A stretch of DNA of 52,028 bases, the filler included, from Squatina squatina (Eukaryota): NCBI GenBank assembly GCA_031763465.1. It is 3 parts of 3 records of this genome, joined end to end, with 100 filler letters (N's around TTAATTAATTAA, not from the genome) between each part and the next. Parts side by side here need not be neighbours in the genome. Positions count along the whole stretch, not along the records: positions 27,521 to 52,028 come from JARFOE010000192.1; 2 more parts are not named here. One strand, 5' to 3'. The position numbers and the translations under genes were made by a program. Shown here one piece after another: positions 40,571 to 52,028 of the stretch (its first letter is position 1; each line of letters begins with the position of its first letter). Below the pieces are notes generated by a model. It made no database searches. It was not told the DNA's origin and saw only the letters and a list, made by a program, of their open reading frames with translations.

Positions 40571-42105
40571 GTTATACTTGAGGTTCTTTCACCTGCAAGA
40601 CCTGGGAACAACTTCAAATTCATTTGATGGGATGGGATGCTCCTCGCTCTCTCTATCTCTACTGGACTGAAGGGTCTTTACGTGAAATGAATTTAAACTG
40701 TCTCAATCCCGCTCCCTGATACCGTGGTAAAAAATTGTGCACAACTAACCTAACANNNNNNNNNNNNNNNNNNNNNNNNNNNNNNNNNNNNNNNNNNNNN
40801 NNNNNNNNNNNNNNNNNNNNNNNNNNNNNNNNNNNNNNNNNNNNNNNNNNNNNNNAGGAAGAAATTGAAAACATCCTTTGTATGGTGTTAATAGTCATGA
40901 CTTGGCACACTTCTGCAATTTCACTGTTGAACAGGATATTTTCACAATTTTTAAAAATGAAACTCACCAGGAGCTTGTTGCAGTAAATTCATCACTCCAT
41001 GAGAATATCCTGTTTCACAATCTGTTAGCACATGAGGAATAGTTGATTAAAGTATTATTGTAAAATTCTTCAAGGAGAAAGTAAAGTAGGTTAAAGATCC
41101 CATGGCACTATTTGAAGAGTGGGCAGTTCACCTGATGCCCTTGCCAACATTCCGCCCTCAACCAAAGCCAGCATAAATAGATTAGCCAGTCATTCATTCA
41201 TTTGCAGGTTGAGGGGGGATTCCAGAAAGGTCCCACTCTCTGGAATCCTGTCCCCGCCTCTGCCACCTTGCTCCTCTAGGATGCCTCTTGAAGCCCAACT
41301 CTTTGGCCAAGTCTTTGGACACTTTCCCCAAATCTCTTCCTTTGTCTCAGCACCTGTTTTTCCTGACTCTGTGAAGCAATTCAAAATTTGTTCGAGGGAT
41401 GTAGGCATCACTATCAATGCCAATCATTTATTGCCCATCCCCTTGTTGTCCTTCAGAAGGTGGCGCTGTGCGGCCTTCTTGAACCAATGCAGTCCCTGTG
41501 GTGAAGGCATTCCCACAGGGCTGTTTAACAGGGATTTTCACCCAATGACGACAAAGGACTTGCAGGGGAACTCTATGTTTCAGGTGCTATATAAATGCAA
41601 GTTGTTGTTGTTAATCAGACCTTACTGCTGCATTTACCTACTAAAAAACGATTGCNNNNNNNNNNNNNNNNNNNNNNNNNNNNNNNNNNNNNNNNNNNNN
41701 NNNNNNNNNNNNNNNNNNNNNNNNNNNNNNNNNNNNNNNNNNNNNNNNNNNNNNNCGTAATCAGTTCAGTATCTCATTTCAAAATGCAGATATTGTCGCT
41801 GCTGGTATGGAAACCTATATTTCCATTAGGGTAGAACCAATGCAGGCTATGTAAATACTGCCACTGCTTTCCATGCTGGTATTTACTATGTCAATATTTT
41901 ACTCCACAATGTAAGAATAATCTTGATTTAACATTTTTGAATTTTGGATTTGCTGTTCAGTGCCAGCTGTGGCTCAGTGAGCTTCTGAATCAGAATTTTG
42001 TAGGTTCAAGCTCACTCCAGAGACTTACGCACAAAATCCAGGTTGACACTCCAGTAAGTGAGTGTGATATGTAGGATAAACTACAGTTTAAACTGACACG
42101 TTTAA

Positions 42106-42549
42106 GGTGTCAGCCTTAGCTCATTGGTATCGCTCTCACCTCTGAGTCAGAAGGGCATGTGTTGAAAACCCATCCATGGGACTTGAGTGCAGAATATGCG
42201 CTGGCATTCCAGTGCAGCACTGAGGAAGTGCTGCACTGTCAGAGGAGCCGTCTTTCAGACGAGACGTTAAGCCGAGGCCTGACTGTCCTCTCAGGTGGAT
42301 GTAAAATATCCCACAGCACTATTCGCAGAGGAGTTCGCCCTAGTCCCCTGGCCAATACATATCCCTCAACCAACATCTAAAACAGATGATCTGGTCATTT
42401 ATTTCATTGTTGTTTGAGGGAACTTGCTGTGTACAAATTTGCTTCTGCACTTCCTACATTACAACGGTGACTGCCTTGATTGGCTGAAAAACGCTTTGGG
42501 ACATCCTGAGGTTGTCAAAGGTGCTATATAAATGCAAGTTCTTTCTTTC
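42106..42549 (+). mobile_element. Second full-length copy of the Deu-domain SINE, preceded by a head-only copy at 41960-42056
   Basis: Collinear with 33142-33597 over head, body and tail. Confidence 0.85.
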
Positions 42550-45500
42550 AGTTACAGAGCTGATTAAATATAAAGTTATTTTTATTCCTGGTGCCCTTAA
42601 CAGCCTAAACTTTAATAATTTGACTCCCTTGTTCAGCCAAACGTTGTTGCCAACTCACAAAGGCAGACTGCGCAGAGAGCTTCGAAGCAGATCAGCCCAG
42701 TTTTTGGCAGGATGCCTAGCAATGGTCATTATTTAAAAGCAGCCATTAAAAGCCCACTAATTACAGGCGTAGATCAAGTGCTGTGGAGGACAGGCCTGTG
42801 TATATCTGTAGGCCCTTGTACTTCATACATTCAAAACAATGTGTTTTCAGCCTTGTGTAGAGGCATTTTCTTTTAAATTCGTCCCTAAAGCCCATCATTA
42901 TTGTGAAGAGTCCAATGCAGTCCCATATTGTTGCTGTTGCCCTCTGTGACCCCCTGGTGCCTAACCCAGCTTTAACTCAGAGAATCATAGTGGACGGAAG
43001 GAGGCCATTCAGCCCATGATGCCTGTGCCGGCTCTTTGAAACAGTTGTCCAATTAGTCGCACTCACCTGCCATTTCCCCATAACCCTGCAACCTTTTCCT
43101 TTTCAAGCATACAGGTAATTCCCTTTTGAAAGTTACGATTTAGATGAAAGGATTTTTTTGGTGTCGAAGGGCTAACTTATAATTAAAATTACTTTTAATA
43201 TAAATAGAATGGGGACTAGGCGTAATCTCTTTCTGTGAGACAACTCTCTTGTGAGATTATTATTGGTAAATTAGCACCTATTCAATTCTTACTGAGTAAC
43301 TTGTGTGCATAATATTGCACAAAAATTGACATCCTTTGTAATCCCGCTGATCACTGCTTTGTTGTTACTTGGTATCAGCAGGAGTTTTAATTAGATTAAT
43401 ACTGTTCTTAACAAACCCCATATTTATTTATAACCTGCCTAATAAAAGCAGAATGTGTTAGGGTTACACAGCAAATCTATCAGCATCTATAAAGAAAAGA
43501 AATCAAGTTGTAGGTGGGGACCCACCATCAGAGGTCGCACTGAGACCTTAACCTATCTCTTCTCTTGATCAGCACTGACAGCTTGCTTGTGTGTTTCCGA
43601 CGTTATCTATTTTTTTTTAATTTCCAGGCTCTATTTTTATCCCTCATTTGTACAGTCCCACCTGCCTTCTGGAGCGATCACCCCATTTGCTTCTCCATTA
43701 ACCAGATATGAACAAGAGTAGGAACTAGTGACTCTTGGGTACATTGGCTCATTATACTTGGCCTTGTGTAAAACATTAGACAAAACAATTAGAGCACAGG
43801 TGGTGTTTACAGGAAGTAAGGAAGCATCTCAAGGTTGTACTTAAACGCCAGGATAGTTCACAATTTTGATACTGTACAATGCAGCCACTAAATTGGGAGC
43901 ATTTTGACGAATGTTTAAAAAGGGGTGGCNNNNNNNNNNNNNNNNNNNNNNNNNNNNNNNNNNNNNNNNNNNNNNNNNNNNNNNNNNNNNNNNNNNNNNN
44001 NNNNNNNNNNNNNNNNNNNNNNNNNNNNNTTTATATCCTTTTTGCTGTAAAGCTGGATTTTGTTATGAAACTTCACCACATCAGAAACAGAGAGCACAGA
44101 TTAAAGGCTGAAATAAGCCTCCAGCTACTTTTCTCTTTTTCCCCCCATTTGCTTCACTGTCATGAGACAATCCATCGAGTGGCCCAGCGAGCAATGAGAA
44201 TTGCTGGCTATAGAGAACAACAACAATGAATTATAACCACTCCAGGAATAAAGCATTGGCAGCAAGCCTGCAGGAGTCTAACCTCCACAACAGGCATAAT
44301 GCATCCCACCCTACCACCAGAAGAAAGAAATATGATGCTGGGAAACAGAAACTAGAGATCCAAAAAGTGACATACAGTTAAAAGACAGACACCTATTGCC
44401 AGTTCTGTTGAAACCGCAGCACTTTTATTTTTGGGGCTTCTATCAAAAGCTCCAAGAAAATTGGGGATTTGTTTAATTATTTTTCATGCCATTGTTTTGA
44501 TGAGATTCTCTCTTGGGTGAATGGGTTCTAAAAATGATTTATTGTGAATTGCGCATTTGTACTGCTTCACTGGAAGATTGCTGCTGCTGTCCCCACTTCC
44601 TTCTCAGTGTCCATCCCTCTGCATTCTTGCACTGTGGAAAAAAACATGGAGATAAACCTCAAAAGCTTTCGAGCAAATTCATCTTGAAGAGGGGCAGGGA
44701 ACTTTAATTGTCACTGTTTTGTCATCTATTGGTTTAGCTGCAACATCCAAAAAGATTTCTTGTTAAAAAGCCTGCACTGAAGTAATTTCTTACAATCAAG
44801 AGCTAAATTGAAGATGCAAACATTAATTTAATTAAGATGTTCCAAAAGCCACCTATTCATCAAGTAGCAAAATTGGCAAAGAAACATGCACTGAGTATTG
44901 GAGGGAGTAATTTACTAAGCATACCCTGCAGTCACATAATTACATGTAATTTCACCAGCGTAATTAACTAATTTAATTACCACTTCTCCAGAGCATCAAT
45001 TATTGACATTATAGGGTATTTAGATTTTACACCCAACGTGTACAGCATTTTGAGAATTCCCAGCCTCTGTTTGTTATGCAAGCTTTCAAATGCCTCATTT
45101 ATGATTTAAAACATGTCTATAATGTTAATATTAGTGACACAGTTTCAATCAGATGTTCCATACAATTAAATGAATGCAAGTGCATTATCAGCTCCTCACA
45201 AATCCAAAATCACAAACAGCATTTTATAGCATTGTAAATATCTGTACATTCATTATTTTTGCTGCAGTCTAACTATTAAATTTTTTAACCATTTAAAACT
45301 GGATTTTTTTTTTATTGGAAAAGTCTCATTAATTTCCAACAGCTACCAAGCATTGCAGTGCAGTTTACAATCCTTTCTGTTGATTTTTCTTCTGCCAGTT
45401 TTCCAAATGTTTTGTTTGAAGAGTGAGGTCTGACAGTGATATAATGGGGAGTACGGTACTGCCATGGAGGAGTTACTGAGCCCAGTAGAGTGAGGGAGCC

Positions 45501-45916
45501 AAATTAACATACAAGGCTGAAGTGACAAGATTGTTGAAGCATTCGGAATTAATGACTCAATCGCCTCGCTGGTGATAACTCAGCTCCCTCGAATTGTTGA
45601 GCTCGATCGCTTCCAGCCAATTTCCTCCGGTGATGTTACGAGCATTCACTCCTAAAACAAAATAATCTTCAGCAATAGACAAGGAAATGATGCTCAGCGT
45701 AATCAAATTTCTTTGGAATGTTTTCATACTTAGGGTTGTAGATAGCCGCTTTGTACTTTAGAATTCTTTGAGGAGCTATCATATGAGTTAATTCTACAAA
45801 TAGGCGCTCCTGGCACTTAGCTTCGATTGCTGAGGGCCTCATATTGAGAGAGCACATACGTAATTTCCTGACATGCATACCTAACAGGCAAAACTCGGGG
45901 GGGTGGTGGTGGGATG

Positions 45917-46102
45917 CGGGTGAAATCAGTCTTGGATGGTAGCACAAAACAGACGATGGGAAATCGGCAGCGCGTTTTACACCCTGCCACAATGGGAAAG
46001 AAAGTCAGATGGGGTGGTCAAACAGGCTGCCAAATCGCTCTTACCCATTTTCCAATATCACCCTCTCTGTGCCAGGAAGGAGTATTTGGAAAAATTGCCC
46101 TC
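45917..46102. mobile_element. Degenerate palindromic MITE related to 36972-37114
   Basis: Inverted arms ATCGGCAGCGCGTTTTACACCC / GGGGTGGTCAAACAGGCTGCCAAAT. Ends AAAATTGCCCTC|TAA. Confidence 0.5.
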
Positions 46103-46667
46103 TAACATGACAGGGTTACTGGCACAGTGGAACCCGTCCATTACATACACAAGACGCATTCCACAGCACTGTCAGCAACAAACAGCAACTTGCAATGATA
46201 TAGCGCTTTTAAAGTAATAAAGCGTCCCAAGGTACTTCACAGGAGGGTAATCAGACAAAATTGACACTGAGCCAAAGAAGGAGACATTAGGATATGTGAC
46301 CAAAACCTTGGTGTAAGAGGGAGATTTTAATGAGTGTCTTACTCCTTACCTCAGTGCTTTTCCTGACTCCTGTACTTTACAGCTCTGCCACCAATAGTAG
46401 CCCCGACTTCTAAATATGGGGTGCTGGTGCCTAAAGGTGAGATGATTTACACAGCACCTCTGAAGGCAGTGGTGCAACCAGCAGCAAATATAAATATGCC
46501 CATGGACAAACTAAACAGGCAAGTCAGTCAAACGTTTTTTCCATTACTTTCTTGTGTGAACCTTTACNNNNNNNNNNNNNNNNNNNNNNNNNNNNNNNNN
46601 NNNNNNNNNNNNNNNNNNNNNNNNNNNNNNNNNNNNNNNNNNNNNNNNNNNNNNNNNNNNNNNNNNN

Positions 46668-46778
46668 CAGCGGTTCAAGAAGGCAGCTCATCACCACCTT
46701 CTCATGGGCAAGTAGGGATGGGCAATAAATGCTGGCCTTGCCAGCGATGTCCACATCCCAGGAACGAATTTTAAAAAA
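46668..46778 (+). mobile_element. LINE 3' terminus (CR1/L2 group, clade unassigned)
   Basis: QRFKKAAHHHLLMGK*, then AATAAA and an A-rich end. Reverse copies at 39620-39705, 41385-41552 and 47785-47965. Confidence 0.7.
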
Positions 46779-49700
46779 TCATCATTTTGTATTATTATAT
46801 GAAGACAAGCTGCACTATTTAAACTAAGTAAATCTAATCATAACTGTTGAACTGCGAAATAAAGCACATCTGGTATATCAGGCTGTGTCTTACCAGGTGT
46901 TTTCTTGTCTATTTTGAAGAGATTAAAGACGTATGTGGGTGAAAGATATGAATATCCGGTTCAAAGCATAAGAGGACATTAATGTTACATGCCTTGTTTT
47001 GTTTTTTTTGTTTTGGTCTCAGAAAATGCAGAGATTATTTGGGTAAAAAGCAAAAGTCAGCAAGTGTCATCTGAAAATGACGGAAATCAATGATATGAAA
47101 ATCGGGTGGGTTCTTCAGCTAACCAGTAATCTGTGTGTACACTATGCATTAAAGTATACATTGCGCCCAGTCTCGTGCACCTCCTGGCGGCTGGTTTTAG
47201 CACAGTATTGATGGAGACATTAATCCTCCAAGCACCAGTTTTGAACTTGCATCCAAAATCTGTTTCGACTTTTTGCTCCAATTTATTCAGAGCTATAGCA
47301 GCTGTTTTACAACACTCTACAACTGCGTGATTTACAAACATCCTAGGAATGCTTCAGATGGTGGCAATCATGTCACAGCTGAAGAGTTCTGATCTGCACA
47401 ATGCTGGGGAGGCACTTCACGTAGGTGACAGATGACATGGTGCTGGCATATAGCCAGGACTGAGATACTAAGAATGGTTCTGCTGTGGGAACCGGCCCAA
47501 GCAGATGGCAGAGAGTATGGCAGCAGATAAAAAGAATATGAAAGAACTTGCATTTCTATAGCGCCTTTCATGATCTCAGGATGTCCCAAAGCGCTTTACA
47601 GCCAATGAAGTAGTTTTTTGAAGTGCAGCCACTGTTGTAATGTATGATGATTTAGACACATAATGAAAATGCATTACAATTTGAGAATTTATGATTTATG
47701 CTATATTTTAAAACAATTTAAATCATATAAATATGCATTTTTATTTGGCTGTTACTTTTATACTCTACATTGAATTAATCCTTTTTTTCATTTGTTTCTG
47801 GGATGTGAGTGTCTCTGGCAAGGCCGGGATTTATTGCCCATCCCTAATTGCCCTTGAGAATGTCTGTGATGAGTCACTGCCTTGATCCACTGCAGTCCTT
47901 GTGGTGAAGGTGCTCCCACAGTGCTGTTAGGGAGGGAGTTCCAGGATTTTGACCCAGCGACGATGANNNNNNNNNNNNNNNNNNNNNNNNNNNNNNNNNN
48001 NNNNNNNNNNNNNNNNNNNNNNNNNNNNNNNNNNNNNNNNNNNNNNNNNNNNNNNNNNNNNNNNNNGGAATAGGTTGGATGTTAGGCAGTTCTTCTTTTC
48101 CCAGAGAGTAATGAGCCTCTGGAATACATACTGGTTGGTGTGGTGGGTGCTGACTCTCTGCATACCTTCATGAGGGAGATGGGCTGGTTCTTGACTGGAG
48201 CAGAGATTGCATCATATAGAAGATGAATGGTTTTATTGATAACAAATGGTCCATTCGATCTCCTAGGTTTTGAACACCCCAGGGGAGGGGGGGATCAGAG
48301 GAATTTTCCAGAGGATTTTTTCCCTTATTGGACCAGGGTTTCTGTCTTTTTTTGCATCTCCCAGGAGATGACTTGGCTGCAGGGGGTGGGGAGGTAGGAG
48401 GTATCTGGTCATGATGCTCTGGCCATAATGCTGCGGGGCAGGCTTGATGGACCAACTGGTCTTTTCTTACCCATCTTTTATATAGACCTGCAGGTTCCAG
48501 CAGGATTTATTAGATTGCAATCAGGAGCAGGAATCCTGGCTGATTTTTTTCTCTCCTTAGACTGGGGCACTGAGACCAGTTGTCGCGCTCCCCACTACCC
48601 CGCTAGCTAAGGGCAGCTAACCCCGTGCAGATTGGTGATTGAACTGTTTCCTTGTACTCTGTATGACTCCGTTACTCTGATTACAGCATCAACAGCAGAA
48701 AAGACCATCACTTTTCTCAGCTCTGCAAGTGACACTGAGGAAGCCCAAATATTTTGAAAACCCTTTGAAGAGGCAGTGTTAAGATACTGGATTTAAAACA
48801 AAGCAGTTACAGGGAAATGCACAGCTTTACTCAACTTCAATTGAAGATAAAATTGGTAAGATGAAAAAGGGGGTGTGGGTTGTAGGTGGAAAAACAATGT
48901 GGGGACTCACCAGCACTAAACATAACCCACAGGGACAATGGGCTGAATGGCCTCCTTCTGTGCTGTGTGATTCTAATTGCTTTTGAAATTGTTCAGATAT
49001 GCATCCAGTGCAGAGCGATGTCTGTCATGCATGGACAAATTTCACATCTATCCACCACTTTAACTCTGCAATAAACCAAAGCACCTCACAGCCGATTGAA
49101 AGCATGTTCATCCACACAAGAGCAGCAACCCTAAAAGCTCTGACTGAGGTCACGTATTGGGGTAGATNNNNNNNNNNNNNNNNNNNNNNNNNNNNNNNNN
49201 NNNNNNNNNNNNNNNNNNNNNNNNNNNNNNNNNNNNNNNNNNNNNNNNNNNNNNNNNNNNNNNNNNNNNNNNNNNNNNNNNNNNNNNNNNNNNNNNNNNN
49301 NNNNNNNNNNNNNNNNNNNNNNNNNNNNNNNNNNNNNNNNNNNNNNNNNNNNNNNNNNNNNNNNNNNNNNNNNNNNNNNNNNNNNNNNNNNNNNNNNNNN
49401 NNNNNNNNNNNNNNNNNNNNNNNNNNNNNNNNNNNNNNNNNNNNNNNNNNNNNNNNNNNNNNNNNNNNNNNNNNNNNNNNNNNNNNNNNNNNNNNNNNNN
49501 NNNNNNNNNNNNNNNNNNNNNNNNNNNNNNNNNNNNNNNNNNNNNNNNNNNNTTTTTGGAGCTGGGGTCTTTGAAAGGGAAGCAGAATCACAAGACAAAC
49601 CCATGAGCCCGGGAGAATGACTGCACTCTTATGCAAATTTTGTTTTGGTGAAGGTTGACCCCATCTTTCAGTACCAGTGCACCTGTTCCTCCTCCTCCTA

Positions 49701-50173
49701 TTTAAGCTAAAGCAGTACAACATATTCTGAGCAAAATGTTCTCCCCGGTACTCTTTTTAAGATTACACTCAGGCAGAAAGATTACATAATGGCTTTGGTG
49801 TTTTCAATTGGCAGTTTAGTCATTTTGATTTTCCTGGTGAGTTTTTCTCCCTTGATAGCTCACACCGTATGCTGCTAAGCCACAAGACCCATGCTGAATC
49901 CCCGGCCTACGTTCATACAGCAATTGACCTATAAATTCTCTGGTTAGCCCATTATCTCAGGCATGCACTCTTCTAGGGGGGATTGAGGGGAGGGGTCCAC
50001 TGAACAATGGTCAGAAGTGGAGACCCAGCTGATCTTTCCATTCTCTAGCCCAGGGACACTGTGGCTAATAGTANNNNNNNNNNNNNNNNNNNNNNNNNNN
50101 NNNNNNNNNNNNNNNNNNNNNNNNNNNNNNNNNNNNNNNNNNNNNNNNNNNNNNNNNNNNNNNNNNNNNNNNN

Positions 50174-51048
50174 CCCCAAGCGTTGCATGGCATTGTCCCT
50201 GATCTGTTGAGGAGGCATCATTGTCCTCCAATAACAACGCTGACGGTCCTGGCAAATCCATTGAGGAGGGAATGTCTGAAAGACAAAATGGAAGAGTAAG
50301 GACATAATGGTAAAGCCCTAGCTGACATATTGCTCCTCATTACTACATTGCCCCGCAACTTCTGCATAGATGGGAGAGAGCAAGGATGCAGAGTCATATT
50401 GAACTCAGTGGAGCTTCACTCACAATTGTCACCTTCTTCTTCATGAAGGGGAAGAGGTGCTGAGCCTGCGGCCACAGACTCCCCAGATTCCTGCCATATG
50501 ATCCTCGCTACATCTCTCTCCATCCACGACAACTCTGCAACATCTCAGTGGTTGCCTTCATCTCTCCTCGCTCTTTGCAAAGCTGCCAGTTTCGCCTGAC
50601 AAAAGAAGGACAAATGAAAGATTGGGAGATGTCCCCTTTCAATTCATCATGTCCTGAGATTGGCAAGAGGCGTGCCATGCCCAGTGTGCATGGTAATGCT
50701 GTGTCCCTGCAACAGCAGCTTGCCCATTGTGTGAATACAATGGACTTGAACGAGGGAGAAAGTAACCGATGTGTCGGCCAGTGTGAAAAGGCTTACACTC
50801 ACCCTCACAATCTGCGTGAGATCATTAAATTTCTTCCGACATTGATGAGCAGTTCTTGGAGTCACATCAGATGCTTCCACTTCTGCCGCTACTTCCCCCC
50901 ATGCTCTCTGGATCATCCTGGCTGTGCCCCTTCTTCCAGCCACAGGAAACAGGATAGCTGCCCTCCTGTCAACAGCTTGGACAAGTGCCTCCAGGGCTGC
51001 CTCACTGAAGCGAGGTGCCCTGACTCTCACTCCAGCTCTCTGATCCAT
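50174..51048 (-). pseudogene. Three-exon Myb/SANT-like (MSANTD/NAIF1-like) DNA-binding gene of Harbinger type, one in-frame TGA
   Basis: Exon 1 51048-50803 (MDQRAGVRVRAPRFSEAALEALV...AWGEVAAEV...RTAHQCRKKFNDL, donor gtgagt). Exon 2 50595-50424 (AKLAALQRARRDEGNH*DVAELSWMERDVARII..., donor gtgagt). Exon 3 from 50275 (YIPSSMDLPGPSALLLEDND...). All GT-AG, phases consistent. Confidence 0.75.
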
Positions 51049-51407
51049 TTTTTTCAACTCTTAAGAATTATCAAATAAAGCAACAGAATCCTCACCTCCT
51101 TCTCCAAAACTGACCTAAGCAGTGGCTGTGTGTGGAAAAGGCCCCTCTTTAAGTATTGATGTGGGCTGATAGGTAAGTGTTTGAATTGAGGCCAATTGAA
51201 GAATTTGACAGCTGAAATAAACTAAGAAAATCAGCGCTAAGTATGGTCCTTTTAGCGTCAAAATAAGCATGTTTTTTAAAGCTCTCTGTGAGTTTTTTTC
51301 TAAGTGTCAAATTGCTTGACTTTAAAAATAATTTCAAAGACCTGAACATAGCGCTCCCCAAGTCGTCCCTTAGCGCCAGAAACTCAGGGCAGTCGAATTG
51401 GGCGCCC
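50174..51407 (-). mobile_element. PIF/Harbinger-type DNA transposon fragment (5' end plus Myb/SANT gene)
   Basis: Putative terminus GGGCGCCCAATT read from 51407 downward, followed by a spliced Myb/SANT-like gene. The other end is lost in gap 50074-50173. Confidence 0.7.
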
Positions 51408-52028
51408 TATGTCTTTTGCAGTTGGCACATCGATAAGGGTGCCGAGTTAGGAGAGATTTCTGGAGGATAAGGGAGAGCCAAGGAGTCACTAGTCTACCAG
51501 AGCAGCTGTTGCAAGGGGCCCCTAAACCTCTCTATTCCACTCTGCATTGAGTTTTGGTATTTCATTCATATGCTGTCTTCTGTGAGCTGATTCTTCTAAT
51601 CTCTTTCACCTTTCAGTGTGTTTTTTGATTCACCTGTGCACTGCAGCTCATATACCGCTGTGCTGAATTACTTGTTCATTATTGTTAAAACCATTCCCTC
51701 TATACACTATTTATATTTTCCTCCACCTTGGCCTTTTGCATGTAACAGGCTTCTGTTTTGTACTTGCATACAGTGCCTATGTTTGAAAAGACATAGTCAA
51801 TTTCAAGGCCTTTCAGGCAGAATTCATGAATTGAAGCTGCACCAAATGTGAGGTGTATTGTGCATGTTTCACTGGGCAAAGGTTCAAATATCCTCATTCA
51901 GTCAGCTGTATGTTAGGCTATGTCCTGACTAATATATGCTTGACCTGTTCTTTGATTCAAAAATGAATGTTTATTAGTACAAATTACTTCTTGTTTTGCA
52001 CCTCTGAAACAAAATTGAATGACATCTA

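Noticed and set aside
47087-47341. 84-aa minus-strand ORF MFVNHAVVECC...
   Set aside because: No recognisable homology and weak splice context; this length is expected by chance.
50545-50547. In-frame TGA as selenocysteine or readthrough
   Set aside because: Transposon-type protein, no SECIS visible, and CpG decay explains it more simply.

Overview
Eukaryotic, AT-rich, repeat-dense vertebrate DNA. The repeat repertoire (Deu-domain tRNA-SINEs of SacSINE1 type, CR1/HER1-like and L2 LINEs, Penelope-like elements, PIF/Harbinger derivatives) points to a cartilaginous fish (shark). The window is not one locus. Two synthetic N44-TTAATTAATTAA-N44 linkers (12400-12499, 27421-27520) join three unrelated, gap-rich scaffolds. 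Segment 1 (1-12399) has a CpG-island promoter and two coding exons of EDRF1 (+). Segment 2 (12500-27420) has exon 2, the start of the last exon and the probable 3'UTR of an XK-related gene most like XKR7 (-). Segment 3 (27521-52028) has no recognisable host exon. It is mostly TEs, including a three-exon Harbinger-type Myb/SANT gene with one nonsense codon and a Penelope-like terminus with a decayed hammerhead-ribozyme motif. Nearly all six-frame ORFs are spurious or run through N gaps. I see no convincing evidence of a novel biological system. Gene and TE family names come from recalled sequences, not database searches.
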